This document shows positions 28,079 to 40,786 of a DNA stretch of 64,000 nucleotides, piece after piece. Numbering within the stretch: the first letter of the stretch is position 1; each line of letters starts with the position of its first letter. The stretch is from assembly GCA_016906335.1 (NCBI GenBank), contig JADEYG010000001.1:1488001-1552000 (forward strand), given 5' to 3'. This DNA is from Novakomyces olei (Eukaryota). Position numbers and translations under genes: made by a program. The notes below the pieces were generated by a model. That model ran no database searches. It was given only the letters and a program-made list of their open reading frames with translations, and was not told the origin of the DNA.

Positions 28079-29353
28079 TTAATCTTGCAGCATAGCCTCC
28101 AGGTACTCTGTCAAAGGCTCGCCCTCCGGTCCCCTTGCGATCAAAGTGTAGTTTGGCACTTTTTCAGCTTCACGCAATACCTGTAGCGCCTCTTTGGCTA
28201 ATTCGCTTTCACGGTCAGGATCAGCCTCAATGCTAGCAAATAGCGACTGGGCCAAAATATCGAGAGCATAGCCCCGGCGTGCCGCATTTCGCTGTTTTCC
28301 CATTAGATCGATAGCATTTCGAAGGGCAGAATGTGAAGATGCAAACTCTGTGCGAGCTTTCGAATCGGAGTCCTCTTCGCTGCCCACAAGATTGTAGGCA
28401 ATAAGATTGTGAGCCATTCCCCTGCACAGATTATAGTCTGTGATTTCATCACGCTGTTCCGCGTTAAAATTATCCAAAACGGTGAGTACAGTCCGTGCTA
28501 CCGATTCGTCTTGTTCTTCAGTGGGAAAAGGTCCCAAGTCCAGTAGAGTCGTCAGGAACCGTAGCTCATGAGATTTGAAGGGATGCTTTGCTAGCACGCT
28601 CAATGTCTCTGGGAGACTAGCTAGCATTTCCTGGCCGGGACTTAGAATACTAGCAAAGGCCCTGACAGCCTCTATTGGCTCCATATCGCCACTTCCGTAC
28701 TGCTGGCCCAGCTCGCATCGTTCCCGCGCAGCTTCCACAAAGTCTGCCATTTCGCTTTCCTCACCAATTAAACCTAAATCAAGAAGTGCGTTCGCATAAG
28801 CCGCATGAAGTTTTCTGGGTAGCTTTGCGTTGCTGAATGAATCGACTGGTTCAATTTTTGCCTCTGTCTCCGTAGCCAGTGGTTCCTTTGTGATTTCGTC
28901 AGCCCCATTATCTGACGTTTTCTGATGGTACTTGTTTTTTGTTTCATTTTGCTTTGCATCGGCACCCTTCTCTGTGGCTTCCTTGCTTGTATTGTTGTCG
29001 AGGTTTTGTTTTTCTTCGCCCTGGTCGCCTTCTTGAGCCGAAAGGCGTACGAGACGGTTCGCTTCATGGATAGTTCCGTGTATCAAAGGTTTAGCTTCTT
29101 CAAATGCAAGCTCTGGATAATTAGATATTCATAAATGTCAAAGAAGAAAAAATAAAGGGCCAGAACGAGTACCTGCCACTTTTTGAGCTGCGATTTCATA
29201 CAGCGCCAACAGTTCCGACACAGAATCCTCGTCCGCCTCGAGCATAATTGTTGCAGTGCCATTCGAGTCTGGTTCCGTACTTGGGACCACTGATTCATTT
29301 TGTTCCGTGCGGCGCCGCTTATGGGCGGCCTTTAGGCCCTGTGCTCGCTTCAT
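28079..29353 (-). CDS. nro1: Nro1/Ett1 family protein
   Basis: N-terminal 'KRAQGL' basic motif, 'ELLALYE', 'LIHGTIHEANRL', 'AYANALLDLG', 'FVEAARER'. One intron. Confidence 0.75.
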
Positions 29354-29946
29354 GCAATGAATATGTTTGCTTTCAATCGACAATTAGGTTCTGATAATCA
29401 AATAAAATTATTCCAATGTGGCCAAAATAGGTTAATCGCAGAAACTTGTATATTGGAAAAAGATAGCAGGCGTACGAAAATAAGGTTGGAAAATAAATTG
29501 GAGAAGAAGAGGGCAAAACTGAATGGACAAAAAGAATTGGACTAAAAGAAAAGAAAAGGCGGAAAAACAATTTAATATATCGATAAACAGATAAGTCGTG
29601 GGCTTGGAGATTGGGTTGACGACTGCTGGATGAAGACAATTCTCGATACTACCGTTACATACAGAAATTTGGTTAGTTTTGTTTATATCTTTTATGGCAT
29701 CTACACAATTTGCTCAATCCCTTTTCCTGTAAAAGTACCAGGCTTCTAAATCTGAACTCAAAATGCTTGAGCTAAAAGAATTGCTACAAGGACAGATTAC
29801 TGCACGTGAAGGACGCAAAGGACGTAAATCACCACTTTCAACCGCGACCTAAAAAGTCGCAATTTGATCAAGAGGTTTTGAGCTTACATATAAACAATTA
29901 AGCCAAAATAGACACTTTCTCTGTGCATATAGCCAATGAAAACCTC

Positions 29947-30027
29947 GTGAGTGTACCATAGTGGTTAATGGGTAACGTTTAGGCCGTTATGTCGCAAGAC
30001 GCGCGAGTTCGAATCTCGTCTCTCACA
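29947..30027 (+). tRNA. tRNA-Leu(UAG), intronless, long variable arm
   Basis: Acceptor GTGAGTG/CTCTCAC+A73, D-arm CCAT/ATGG, anticodon stem TAACG/CGTTA with loop TTTAGGC, variable arm TGTC-GCAA-GACG, T-loop TTCGAAT, downstream T-run. Confidence 0.92.
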
Positions 30028-30579
30028 TTATTCTCCTTTTTATTATTTTATATATTCAAAGATTACATATAATATTCTCTGTACGGTTATGTTCGTCTTT
30101 CTAACGCCACTCTGGATATCTCCAGCCAGCTCAAGATTTCCCAAACCCGCTATAGAAATTTCATTTAAAAGGGGAAAGTGAAGTTGTGCTTGCGGATAAC
30201 CCGCATGGCAAGAATTCAAACACAGTCTCCTTGAGACTTGGATTTTTGATTATAATATATACTTCAGCAGATTAAATTTATGACATACAATATATTCCCA
30301 GCTTAAATTGCAGTGTGAAATGATCGAGTAATATTCTGGTACAAACAATACGATTTGTCTTTGCTCGATCCTCCTTTTATTTAAACAAAATTTAATTTGA
30401 TTTTTCCGGTGCAGGAAAATATAGTCAATCATAGTGTAAACAATTGTGCCCAGCCAGTCAGCATACAAGACTTGAAGGACCCAAAAACGGACAAGAAATA
30501 GTCATAGGAAGATTAGATTGATGAATTAAAACCTTTAAAGGCCAAAAAGATCATTCAAAAATTATGAATAAAAAAGCCT

Positions 30580-33339
30580 CTAATGAGCCTGCTCATGTTG
30601 GGTAGAAGTTCGCTGCATACGCATAGCAAAATCTTCATGGTTACGACCCTTTTCCACCAGTCTCGGGCTTTCTCCGTGCATGAGCCTATCGAACCCGATA
30701 GACCGGGACAGCAGGCAGTAGGCGCCGGCCATAATGGCAAAGAGCCCGAGTGAAAATACATATACTCTAACAAGAGTGATGACCGACGTCCTTTGCCAGT
30801 TAACAAACAGCCCAAAGGCAGCAAACAAAGTGGCAATAACGTCCACAATGAAAACAGCACCGGCCAGTTGCAGAGAGGGCCATGAAGACCAAACAGGCCC
30901 GTTTGATCTGGTGATAAAGATGAGCCAGTTTTGCGTGAGGGCAATCTCCAAGAACAAGACTTGGTCGGGCACACCATTGCCCTGGATGATCCCCTTAGGG
31001 GCCCCTTGCACATTCTCCTGAACAGACACCATCATTGTCGTTTTACATATCCAAGTACCGAGCGCCAGGATAGAGCCCAGCAGCAGCGAGAGCCCCCAAA
31101 GCCGGGGCAGGTTCCATTTTACGGGCGACATGCTATAAGGTGCATTGTCATAGGCGATTGCCAGTGTTGCCAGGTCGGCAAAAATAGCGAGAAAAACTAC
31201 GAGCTCGCTCTTTAAGCTTTGGTTCAGGGCGCACATACTAATCCCGAGGAACAAAATCAAATGAATAGAGAGAGCGATGCGGTAGACTACGTAAGCGTAC
31301 ATGCGATGAAAGATCTGCCTTGAGACTTTAAGCGCGTCGATAATAGCCGACAGACCAGGGGCAAGAAAGACGATATCCGCAGCTGACCGGGCAGCATCGG
31401 AAGCGCCTTCAACAGCAATTCCCGTATCTGCCTTCTTGAGCGATGGCGCATCGTTAACCCCGTCACCCGTCATAGCGACCAGGTAGCCCCGGCGCTGCAG
31501 TATATCAACGACATTGTACTTGTGCTGTGGGAAGACCTCCGCAAACCCATCAGCTGCCTCTACAAAATCATATACTTCAGACCCGGGCAATTCTCCACCA
31601 CCACTGAGCCCGAGCCTCTCTGCATTGTACACGTTTGTGCCCATTCCCAACTGCCTCGCTGTTTCCTTGGCAATGCCAATCGCGTCTCCAGTGAGCATTT
31701 TAATACGCAGGCCGAGTCGCATTGCCTCGGCAATCGTGCGAGCCGTATCGTACCTCGGCGGATCGGAGCAGGGAACAATGCCCAATATTTCAAAGGGGCC
31801 TGACCCGATTTTACGGGCAATTCCAAGTGAGCGGAATCCTCGTCCGGCAAACTCGGCCACTTTATTCTTGTACTCGTCAACCACACTAGCAGGCACCTCG
31901 CTCTGCTCCATTACCGCCCGTAGTACAAACAGGGGTGCGCCTTTAACACACACCATCCGTGTCCCGTCCGCTCCGGTAACGACACTCGTAACTTTCTTCG
32001 AGACTGGGTCAAAGGGATAAAACTCATTGACGTGGTAGTCACGGAGCATGATTTTTGCCTCTGTATAGTACTTTAGGGACTTCAAAAAGGCCTTGTCGAT
32101 AGCATCAAGGCCCTTTTTTTTCCTAGAGGCGGCCAGGCAGCCAACCAGCATTATCTCATTAGGGGAAACGCCCTCAACAGTATACGGCTCCATAAGCGTC
32201 AGCTTGTTCTTTGTCAGCGTCCCCGTCTTGTCAGAGCACAGGATTTCTACACCCGCAAGTGATTCAATAGCCGACAGCTTTTGTACAATCGCCTGCTGCT
32301 TCGCCAGGTAGGCAGCCCCGACTGCCATTGTCGTAATCACTACCGCCGGAAGACCCACGGGCACTCCAACCACAGTAATTGCCAACATGTAGTGGAGAAA
32401 CGTGGCAAAGGGCAATGAGCGGTAAAAGACGGCAATGGCCACTCCAAACAGGGCGACTACAATCATGACCAGCAGGACTGTGCCGATGCCATTAAGCACC
32501 TCTGTGAAATGGCCTTGGCCGACAGAGGCCTGCCGCACAAGACTGGCGGCTCTGCCCACAAACGTGTTATCACCCGTGGCAGTTACAATCATAAAGGAAT
32601 CGCCACGCTTGACTACAGAAGAGGAATAACATTCGTCTCCCGTTGCCTTCTCTATAGCCAGAGACTCGCCCGTAATTGCAGACTGGTCCATCTGCAATTT
32701 GCACTCTTGCGAGACGAGACGGCCGTCGGCAGGGACAATGCTACCTTCGTCCAGGTGAACAATGTCACCGGGGACGAGCTGTTCAACTGGGATCTCTTCA
32801 ATGACACCATTCCGCAAGGTAGCTGCCTTGTGAGCCAGTGTTTTTTTCAATTCGTCCACAATGCTGCCCGCATGGTACTCTTGCACAAAGCCTACTACTG
32901 CGTTCAGAAGCAAGAGCGCTAATATAACACCGAAATCGACAAAGGATCTCAGACCGGCCGCCAAAACAGCTGCTGCAATCATGACAAACTGAATTGGACC
33001 GATAAAAAAGCCCAGAAATTTTAGAATATGGCTGTGCTTTTCTTCTTTGAGTCTGTTGAATCCGTACCGCTGACGGCGGACCAGTACTTCAGAGTCAAGC
33101 AGGCCAGTTGCCGTGTCCGTCTTGAGAATATCCGTCAAGTTCTCGGGAGAGAGGGGGTTTTCCATGTCGTCTCCTTGATCGTCGTCTGCTTCAGAATACA
33201 AGTCTTCAATCATAGCATCAAAATCCTGGTCGTTATCGTCCGTCTCTGACCCGGGTGATCCTGATTTGGTGTCCGCATGTTTCTGAAAGCGTACACGGTC
33301 GCCGCCTGCGGGCGTTTTGGGTGACTTTTCGTTGTCCAT
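30580..33339 (-). CDS. PMA1: P3A-type plasma-membrane H+-ATPase (Pma1 family), intronless and divergent
   Basis: 'TGES', 'CSDKTGTLT', 'KGAP', 'DPPR', 'MLTGD', 'TGDGVNDAP', '[13 protein letters not shown]'. It may be a paralog rather than the main pump. Confidence 0.93.
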   Translation of the reverse strand: MDNEKSPKTPAGGDRVRFQKHADTKSGSPGSETDDNDQDFDAMIEDLYSEADDDQGDDMENPLSPENLTDILKTDTATGLLDSEVLVRRQRYGFNRLKEEKHSHILKFLGFFIGPIQFVMIAAAVLAAGLRSFVDFGVILALLLLNAVVGFVQEYHAGSIVDELKKTLAHKAATLRNGVIEEIPVEQLVPGDIVHLDEGSIVPADGRLVSQECKLQMDQSAITGESLAIEKATGDECYSSSVVKRGDSFMIVTATGDNTFVGRAASLVRQASVGQGHFTEVLNGIGTVLLVMIVVALFGVAIAVFYRSLPFATFLHYMLAITVVGVPVGLPAVVITTMAVGAAYLAKQQAIVQKLSAIESLAGVEILCSDKTGTLTKNKLTLMEPYTVEGVSPNEIMLVGCLAASRKKKGLDAIDKAFLKSLKYYTEAKIMLRDYHVNEFYPFDPVSKKVTSVVTGADGTRMVCVKGAPLFVLRAVMEQSEVPASVVDEYKNKVAEFAGRGFRSLGIARKIGSGPFEILGIVPCSDPPRYDTARTIAEAMRLGLRIKMLTGDAIGIAKETARQLGMGTNVYNAERLGLSGGGELPGSEVYDFVEAADGFAEVFPQHKYNVVDILQRRGYLVAMTGDGVNDAPSLKKADTGIAVEGASDAARSAADIVFLAPGLSAIIDALKVSRQIFHRMYAYVVYRIALSIHLILFLGISMCALNQSLKSELVVFLAIFADLATLAIAYDNAPYSMSPVKWNLPRLWGLSLLLGSILALGTWICKTTMMVSVQENVQGAPKGIIQGNGVPDQVLFLEIALTQNWLIFITRSNGPVWSSWPSLQLAGAVFIVDVIATLFAAFGLFVNWQRTSVITLVRVYVFSLGLFAIMAGAYCLLSRSIGFDRLMHGESPRLVEKGRNHEDFAMRMQRTSTQHEQAH

Positions 33340-33785
33340 AGTAGCAAAGAAAAGCTGGTCGAATCCAAAAGATCGTTTTCTGATGGGCTGCCGCAAGAAC
33401 AAAGGCCTTGTTGAGAATTATTTCAAATTAATTATTTTTATTTTTATCCTGTTTAAGGTCCAGCCAGTTTGGAAAAAGGTTTTCTAGCCCTAAATCTTAA
33501 GGATTCCCATAGTGCAAAGGATATGCGTTCAATCCGCCTTTTTCTTTAGGTAGCACAATACTTAAAAGTTGGTGAGGCAGTTTTTGTTTTTGGAGCCGCC
33601 AGTCCATGGGAATGGGAATGATCACGTGACACATTTTCACCTATAAAACGAAGAAGAAGCGTGCACCCTTAATTGTAAGCGCGAATCAAAACGCCGCAGA
33701 TACCTGCACATTTGAAATGTGCAGTCACGTGTACGGAGCTAAACATGGCTGAAGCTAAATCATACTCGAGGATATATATCAAGCA

Positions 33786-34403
33786 TTAGCTTTTAAAGCT
33801 CACTTTTAGACGCTTGTGGTTGATGAGAGTATCGTCGCTATCACTAGCATCAGCAGTATTAGCTCCATCCTTGTCACGCCGTTTTTTCTTCTTTGAACTG
33901 GACGATCCTAAATCTTCTTCCACAACAGCTCCGATCGCCTTTGTATTGCCTCTCCCAAATGGGAGTAAATGATTAGAATTACTAATGCACAAACTTATAA
34001 TGAATACCTCGAGATAAATTCCAGACGATAAAGAAAACAGACGATCTGAGCTCTGGATTTCCGGCCGTCTCCGAGAAGCGTTCCCACGAATGTAACCATC
34101 GAATCCGCGGATCAAATTGCCGCCCATCGATGTGTCTTCAAGGTACTGTCCCTCAGCTTTGTAAATCTGTTCTTCCAATGACACCTGAACCTCATCAGTA
34201 TTAAGACTTTTCAGATAAATCGTAGTAATTACCAAACTCTTGTCTAGAGCGCGTTTCTGCGCCAACAGCTCGCGGAGTTCCCGCTTATTTTGCTCGTACG
34301 ACGAGACCGTAAACTTTGCCGCCTGAGAGCTTTCATCTGAAGCATTTGCGGTGCCATTATTTCGTGCGCCTGAAGCGCGCTGGTTAGAGCCTGTATCGGG
34401 CAT
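33786..34403 (-). CDS. EAF6: NuA4 histone acetyltransferase subunit Eaf6
   Basis: 'LEEQIYKAEGQYLEDT..GNLIRGFDGY', 'DRLFSLSS'. Two probable in-frame introns. Confidence 0.92.
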   Translation of the reverse strand: MPDTGSNQRASGARNNGTANASDESSQAAKFTVSSYEQNKRELRELLAQKRALDKSLVITTIYLKSLNTDEVQVSLEEQIYKAEGQYLEDTSMGGNLIRGFDGYIRGNASRRRPEIQSSDRLFSLSSGIYLEVFIISLCISNSNHLLPFGRGNTKAIGAVVEEDLGSSSSKKKKRRDKDGANTADASDSDDTLINHKRLKVSFKS

Positions 34404-34619
34404 AGTGATGGAGGAACAGTACGCGGTCTGTAGCTCTAAAGGCAGCAAGCTGTACCGTGACTGATCTTGCCCACCTATTCCTGGCACCAAGATTACTTTA
34501 CTCGTCTGCCTGTGCTATTATTTTCGCAACTTGCGCCGGCTTTGAATCAATCCGTCAGGGTTAGGGTTATTTACACCCGCCTGTAAGCTTACTTGTGCAC
34601 ATTTGTAACATGTGGTTGC

Positions 34620-34636
34620 TGTTTACACGGTAAACA
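34620..34636. promoter_or_regulatory. Inverted forkhead-site pair TGTTTAC-ACG-GTAAACA upstream of cdc16/BUB2
   Basis: Same geometry as the 17845 site, about 56 nt before the ATG. Tandem AGGGTTAGGGTTA at 34557-34569. Confidence 0.6.
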
Positions 34637-34691
34637 ATAGGCAACAGCAGACACCCATCTATCCCTCCCTGCACGCGTTGATGCGTAAGCA

Positions 34692-35807
34692 ATGAGCGAC
34701 AAGACAGACGGACTGGCTCGGTACTTGCGTGCGCGCCGCCCACGTAAACGCGATCAGATCCCAGAAAGACTTGCAGACTTGCGTCACCTTGTTTCCTTCA
34801 ATGAAGAAGACGTATTGGCGAGCGAGACGTCGGGTCCGCTTGCACGTGGTGACGCATGGTCTATTCTTCTGGCAGCCAAACCCTTCTCCTACCACGACTA
34901 TATGGCTCTCGTCCGCTGTGGGCCTTCGTCCGCCTATAGCAAAATCAGAAACGATTCTTTTCGGACATTAGCGACGGACAAGACGTTTCAGGGCTTAGTT
35001 ACGGAGGAAGCATTGATACGAGTGCTTAACGCGTACGTTTGGCGTGCGCAGCAGGAAAATGTAAGCCTTCCCTACGTTCAGGGGCTCAATGTGCTGGCTG
35101 CACCTTTTTTATACTGCTGCCAAAGCGAGACAAAGGCATTTGCATTATTCTATCGCTTTATTAAAACGGAGTGTCCAACGTACGCGACACAATCGCTCAC
35201 CGGCGTACACAATGGATTAAAGGTTTGGCTATACAGTATTTTTGCAGCTAACGGAAAAGCTACTAGACGCAGTTATCCGCCACTTGGACCGCGATCTGTA
35301 TGACTACCTGGACAGTAAAAGGCTTTCCGCCCAAATTTATGCCTTCCCCGGTAAGAATATACAGCATTTCCGTCTGCTAATATTCACTAGCTATAATTAC
35401 GTTCAATGCTTGCCGGCCCCCGTTGGCACATGTCCTCAAGCTTTGGGATTTCTTACTAGCTTATGGCGTGCATCACAATGTAGTATGCTGTGCGGCACAA
35501 ATAATCTTACAGCGCGAGCCTCTGCTTAGTACTTCAAAGTAAGAACAAACACGGTTTTGTTCCGTACCCTTTCTTTTTTTTTTTTGGTTTTTTTTTTTTT
35601 TTTTCGCTATGAATACTTATACGATCTAGCCCAATGAAATTGCTTACGAGCATGGCCCCGTTGGACGCTAATATTCTTATTAGCGTATCAGTGCGTTTAA
35701 TTCGAAAAATACCTTCTGATATTTATGCTCTAATTCGTCGTCATACGTACGACAATACCGTTGCACCCGAGATTGATGCGCTATTCGACGAGCAAAGAGA
35801 TTTATAA
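34692..35807 (+). CDS. BUB2: SIN/MEN GAP Cdc16/Bub2 (TBC domain)
   Basis: 'KIRNDSFRTL', 'YVQGLNVLAAPF', 'GVHNG', 'IYAFP', 'LWDFL.AYG'. Three introns. Confidence 0.92.
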
Positions 35808-35888
35808 AGTCTAATTTGATATATCCAAATCTCCATATGTCTTTTATTCTACAGACTATACAACGTCGCATTCGCACTGATCAAACTA

Positions 35889-37804
35889 TCACCACGCGGC
35901 TGTCTCGTAATTCTCCTCTGGGAAAAACGCTGTCACAATCGTCCGATCGGCAAACTTCCGTCCTGATAATGAACGCGCAGCATCCTCAGTCATCACAGAG
36001 TCGGAAAAACGGACGTATATTTTGCCGACGCCAAAATTTACTCGTGAACCTCCCACTGGCCGCGGAATTTTGATGTCTACAACGTTGCCGAATTTCGAGC
36101 ATTCATTTGTGACAGTCTCGCAAATTACTGTTTGTCAGTCGTACATTTGAGGGAGGATATATGCATATGTACATGTATAAATAATAAAATATATACTTAC
36201 ACTCATATTCTGCAGAGTCTTGCAAATCCTCCGGGATCAGTGCGTTTTGTAAGAGCAAAATTTTGGTAGGTTTCATGGGTGGCAAGTGTTGTTTCACCAA
36301 GTAAGTAATAAAATTAATTGCTGTTAATGGCGCGCCCTCTTCGTCCAACGGGATATCGCGTGGCTGACTACCACCAGCACAGGCACGGCGAATTACGAGC
36401 GCCCTGTCCTCGAACGCCATTCCATTTAAGCCCTGAATGCACATATCCGTAGCAGAAGACTCTTTGTACCTGGCGAACGCAATCCCCATAGACTCACCGT
36501 TGCTTCTGTCCTTGAGCAGGCGAAAGGCCGCTAGTGCACCAAAGCTATTCAACAATTCGGCCACTTGCTCTTCGTTCAAGTACTTTTGTATGCCGGTAAT
36601 AACCAGTTTCTCGCTGCTGTCCAGCACGTGCGAGACCACTGTGTCCACTGGAGTCTCTGCGTCAGGAGCAGAATTAGGAGTGAGGTATAATGGAGGCCGT
36701 TCTATTTTAAGCGCCTGATCCATCATAACTGTTCCATCAAACGCAAACGCAAGCGTGGCATCTTCGTTCGTATTGAACTGTACGGTTAGCAAAATAGAGT
36801 AAAATTTAATAGAAGAAGAAATAAAGAACTGTAAGTAAAAGGATATGGAGTGTAATCAAATAATCACGAATAAAAATGAAATTTGGATAAAATATAAGAG
36901 ACAAACAAAGCTTTGGAGAAATTCAAAAAAAAATAATAATAATAATAAATAAATAAAAATTAAAAAAAGAAACACCAAAAGTCTAGAAGAGTATAATTAC
37001 ATCCAGAATAGCAAAAGACCTAGAGGCGTCAAAATGCGCGCCTGCCACTGGGGGCGGTGTCTCGACAACTCCAGCAAGCGAAGTAAGCAAATCGTTGAAA
37101 AACCCGACAATGTCGGCTTCAGCGATGCCACCTGGAAGTTGACGGATAATCAAGCGACGAGACTGGCGCGAGTGGGCGGCATCCAAAGGATGAGCAGAGA
37201 CAGCAGGGTTCTTGCTAGAGTGAGCAAACTCTGCAATCTTGACCGGGTCAATAACAGTCTGCCGTGACTGGCCAGGCAGAGGAAATAGACCAGACATTTT
37301 GGCATGTTCAGTAGCGACTTTATCATAGCCCTGGGGCTTAATGTCCCACTGGGAAAAAGGCCGTTCCCATTCTTCCAGCGGCTTTACATTTTGCAGTTCA
37401 GCCTCTAATGCACGCGAATTACCCATTCCTCTGCCTGGGCTTCGGCTGCGACGTCGGCTACGTCCAAAATGCCTGTCCTCATCACGCCGGCCACGGTCTC
37501 TGTCTCTGTCCCGATCTCTGTCTCTGTCTCTGTCTCTCTCGCGGTAGCTGTCCCGGTCTCTATGCCTTCGATCTCGGTCACGATCTCGGTCGCGATCTCG
37601 GTCACGGTCATGGTCCCATTCACGGTCGCTGCGTCGCTCTCGTCCAGACGACCTCGGCTGGTCTTCGTAATGGACGGGTCTTTCCCTCGAGTAATCGTCA
37701 CGGCGTCTCTCGTCGCCACGAGACCTCGAGAATCGGGGTCCGTCTACGGAATCAGTATTCTTGTAGCCTTCAAAGGTTTGCTCGCAATTACCTGGATCAC
37801 TCAT
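35889..37804 (-). CDS. U2AF2: Splicing factor U2AF large subunit (U2AF65/Prp2)
   Basis: RD/RS-rich N-terminus, ULM 'SQWDIKP', 'SRQSRRL' RRM1, RRM2 'ELLNSFG', UHM 'ECSKFG..IPRP..GVGKIYV..FADR'. Three introns. Confidence 0.93.
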
Positions 37805-38140
37805 TATGTGTTTGCACTGCTTTCAGATCAGTGCATTGCCTTTAATCTTAATTTTCAGGAAAACGTGTTTTATGAGGATAAAAATCGAATAATTTTGTGC
37901 ATAAATATTGCATTATATGGTTTTATACAAGTAGGTATAGTACTTGCAGAAACAGAGGTAGATTAATATTAGGTTTAAATTATTAAATTAATTATAATTA
38001 AAAATTAAAAATAAACTAATTAATTAAAAATAAATTAATTAATTAAAAGTAAATAAATTAATAATAAATAAATAAATTAAATAATTAATAATATTAATTG
38101 ATGCTAATTTGAAAGGCTGGACGCGTCTGCCTGACGTTGC

Positions 38141-40576
38141 ATGCCGCCGCCACTGCTTCTCGGCAATGAGCCGCGAGTGAAGCGTGTACGGCTGACAGTG
38201 AATGACGGTGGCACGTATGGAGCGGACCTGCAAGATGCTGAGCAGGAAGATGGGCGGGTCGAGATCCATGAAGAAGTTGGCTCAGGAACAGCTGACTCAG
38301 GATCAGCTGGCACAAGCTGTGCCGACACGATGGAACTATCAAACACGCCAATTACGATCGTGGACTCGTCTCCAGAGCAGGAGCTTATTGCAAAGGCCAC
38401 AGTCCGGAGCAGAGTGAGCAGTGGCGAGCAATCTGCGTTTGCAGAAAAGATCGATATCGACACGGCATCGGAACATGAATTGACTCTGCAATTATCACAG
38501 GAATTGCTACAGGACAATATGGATTATAGCGGGAGCAAAGTAGTGCAGACAGGGCCACGTCGTGTATCCTTGTATGTGGAAGCGTTTGAGGAGATTATAG
38601 ACACGGTCTTTTCTAAAGAACGTCACCTTTTTACTCTGGAAGAGCAAGCAATGGTGGACGCGTTTAAAGACCTGCCGTACGAAGCGCGTTTCTTATACGT
38701 GAGGCTTTTTATGCGTAAACGCGACGCGTGGTTCCGCTGCAGCCAGTTGCGTTATCATTCGGATGTTTCTGATATATCACACGCATGCCACCATCTAGAA
38801 GCCCATGGCCTTGCACATTCACAAAGCCGGCTCACTAACCTTGATGAAGCATTGACGCTTTTGTCGCTAGAAGAGCTGCGTGATCTCGCTCAGCAGCTCA
38901 AAGTACGCAAGTCTGGGACCAAAGATGCATTGCACTCTGCCCTGATTGAACTGGCCAGTAACCAGTCATCTTTAATGCTGTGTGACAACTCTGGGCAGTT
39001 TGTTTTTGGCGGTAAGGAAAACAGTGGGCTGAAACGTGGAGCGGCAATGATAAAGCATGTACTCGATGTCACGGGGGACCTTGTACGTCTGGACCCGGGG
39101 ATAACGCGTCTCTTCCACCGAACGCATATCGTCTTTTACCGGACAACGGACTACGACACAAAGTCCATGAGTACATTCATCCTGGCTCGAATTGCTCGCC
39201 GTAATTTCCCTGTTTATCGTGTGGACAGGTGTGCCCGTGTCTTTGCATCACGGGAACAGCTGGTACGGTACGAGGCACTGATCAAGCTCAAGGCAGAGGT
39301 CGATGTGCTCCTGGAAATGAAGCCGGCAAGCATTACCCGTGAGGCAAGCTACCAGCGAGTCTTGGACATTTTTTACAAAGTCTATGATGATTGGAAAATG
39401 GAGGTTGCCCTTGAAGTCTCTGTCATGCGCTCCAAGGAAGACGAAGATGATGATGGGACACAGTACTACTTGAAACGGTTCACACCCGGCTGGGTTATGA
39501 CTCGGCTTGTCTTCAAAGGCGCCTTTGTTCTTGGAAGATTACAGCGCTGGGCAGAAGAGCATCAGGCTCTTACTCTACTGCTCTCTCAGCGAATCTACCG
39601 CCGGGGAAGAAGGGGCGAATGGTACGATCGCAAGGCTCTAATAGAGCAGCATTATATGGGCCGGCATAGTGCAAAGGAGGCAGCCAAATGGAAATCCACA
39701 GCTCTCACGACTGCCCGCGAGGGTCTTTGTGATCGCGATACGCATATAAAGTTTCATAACGTTCTACAGCGCCGAATTTCCCGGCTGGAAAGGGAGTTGC
39801 GTGTGGCGAAAAAGGACCAGCACGATTTTGCTTATTGCGCACTACGTCGGCCCTCGGAGCGGTCGTACACAGGCAGGCGCCTATCGGCCCCGCAAGTGGG
39901 CAAACACATAGTATTTGAGCACCCCTTTGTGGCCGACGAAGTGTGTTCAGTGGAAGAGCTTTGCCGGCTGCACTATGCGAAATCCGGTTGGAGTGGAGTC
40001 CATTCGGAGAACAGTATTATGACCACTCTTTTTGGGCTTTTGTTTTGGGACATACTGTTTGAATCATGTGTGCCTGGAGTCTTTGAAACAGCGTTTCAAA
40101 CGGCTCCATTGGACCTGACTACAGACGCTTTTTTCCCGCTACGTTCAAGCGCTATTATGCGACGGCTGGCGGAGATTGATGAGGGCAAATCTGAGGCTAT
40201 ATTAAGGCAAGTGGATGCGATAGAGCGTCCGAGAAAGACGTGGTGCATCGGCGTAAACTGGGAATACTCACTTGAAATGTTAATGCAAGTAGCCGAGTGC
40301 ATTGGGGCTCGGCCACTGAGCCAAATTTGTCGGTACTATGCGGAGGAGTACGGACATCGAACCGGCGGTCTGCCTGACTTGTGCCTCTGGCGCATGGACG
40401 AGCGGCGGTGTATGTTTGTTGAGGTCAAAAGCGTGAATGATCGGCTCTCAGAGACACAAAAATTGTGGCTCGATGTTTTATTAGGAGCCGGTGTGGCTGT
40501 TGAGCTATGTAAAGTGGACGAAATTGATGGAGTTGTGCCGGAAAAGCCTACGGTGCTATCTCTGTTTGACAGTTGA
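38141..40576 (+). CDS. FAN1: Fanconi-associated nuclease 1 (VRR-NUC)
   Basis: 'LYVRLFMRK', SAP-like segment, TPR region, 'SVEEL', 'HSEN', 'GGLPDLCLW...FVEVKS..DRLSETQ'. Intronless; no obvious N-terminal UBZ. Confidence 0.92.
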   Translation: MPPPLLLGNEPRVKRVRLTVNDGGTYGADLQDAEQEDGRVEIHEEVGSGTADSGSAGTSCADTMELSNTPITIVDSSPEQELIAKATVRSRVSSGEQSAFAEKIDIDTASEHELTLQLSQELLQDNMDYSGSKVVQTGPRRVSLYVEAFEEIIDTVFSKERHLFTLEEQAMVDAFKDLPYEARFLYVRLFMRKRDAWFRCSQLRYHSDVSDISHACHHLEAHGLAHSQSRLTNLDEALTLLSLEELRDLAQQLKVRKSGTKDALHSALIELASNQSSLMLCDNSGQFVFGGKENSGLKRGAAMIKHVLDVTGDLVRLDPGITRLFHRTHIVFYRTTDYDTKSMSTFILARIARRNFPVYRVDRCARVFASREQLVRYEALIKLKAEVDVLLEMKPASITREASYQRVLDIFYKVYDDWKMEVALEVSVMRSKEDEDDDGTQYYLKRFTPGWVMTRLVFKGAFVLGRLQRWAEEHQALTLLLSQRIYRRGRRGEWYDRKALIEQHYMGRHSAKEAAKWKSTALTTAREGLCDRDTHIKFHNVLQRRISRLERELRVAKKDQHDFAYCALRRPSERSYTGRRLSAPQVGKHIVFEHPFVADEVCSVEELCRLHYAKSGWSGVHSENSIMTTLFGLLFWDILFESCVPGVFETAFQTAPLDLTTDAFFPLRSSAIMRRLAEIDEGKSEAILRQVDAIERPRKTWCIGVNWEYSLEMLMQVAECIGARPLSQICRYYAEEYGHRTGGLPDLCLWRMDERRCMFVEVKSVNDRLSETQKLWLDVLLGAGVAVELCKVDEIDGVVPEKPTVLSLFDS

Positions 40577-40786
40577 TTGTTTTTATTTATTTGTATTGAT
40601 TCATGTGAATGAGCATTTGCATCGACAAGAGCGATGCACCTATACATAATGCACTACGACTAGTTGCAAAGCTGTTCGTGGCAAAAGAGCGGAGCATTAT
40701 AAACTTGAATTAGGACTCGAATACGGTATCATAGCTCGTCTGTGACGTATTTTTTAATGGTATATCTTGTTGTATAAGCACCGAAA

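Noticed and set aside
30100-30250. Hairpins and RNase P-like or U6-like words downstream of PMA1
   Set aside because: No matching P4 partner or extended snRNA similarity; probably 3' UTR.
31514-32922. Long + strand ORFs opposite PMA1 (also opposite HSP78, U2AF65 and the NEDD8 protease)
   Set aside because: Antisense shadow frames of strongly conserved genes, with no recognisable motifs.
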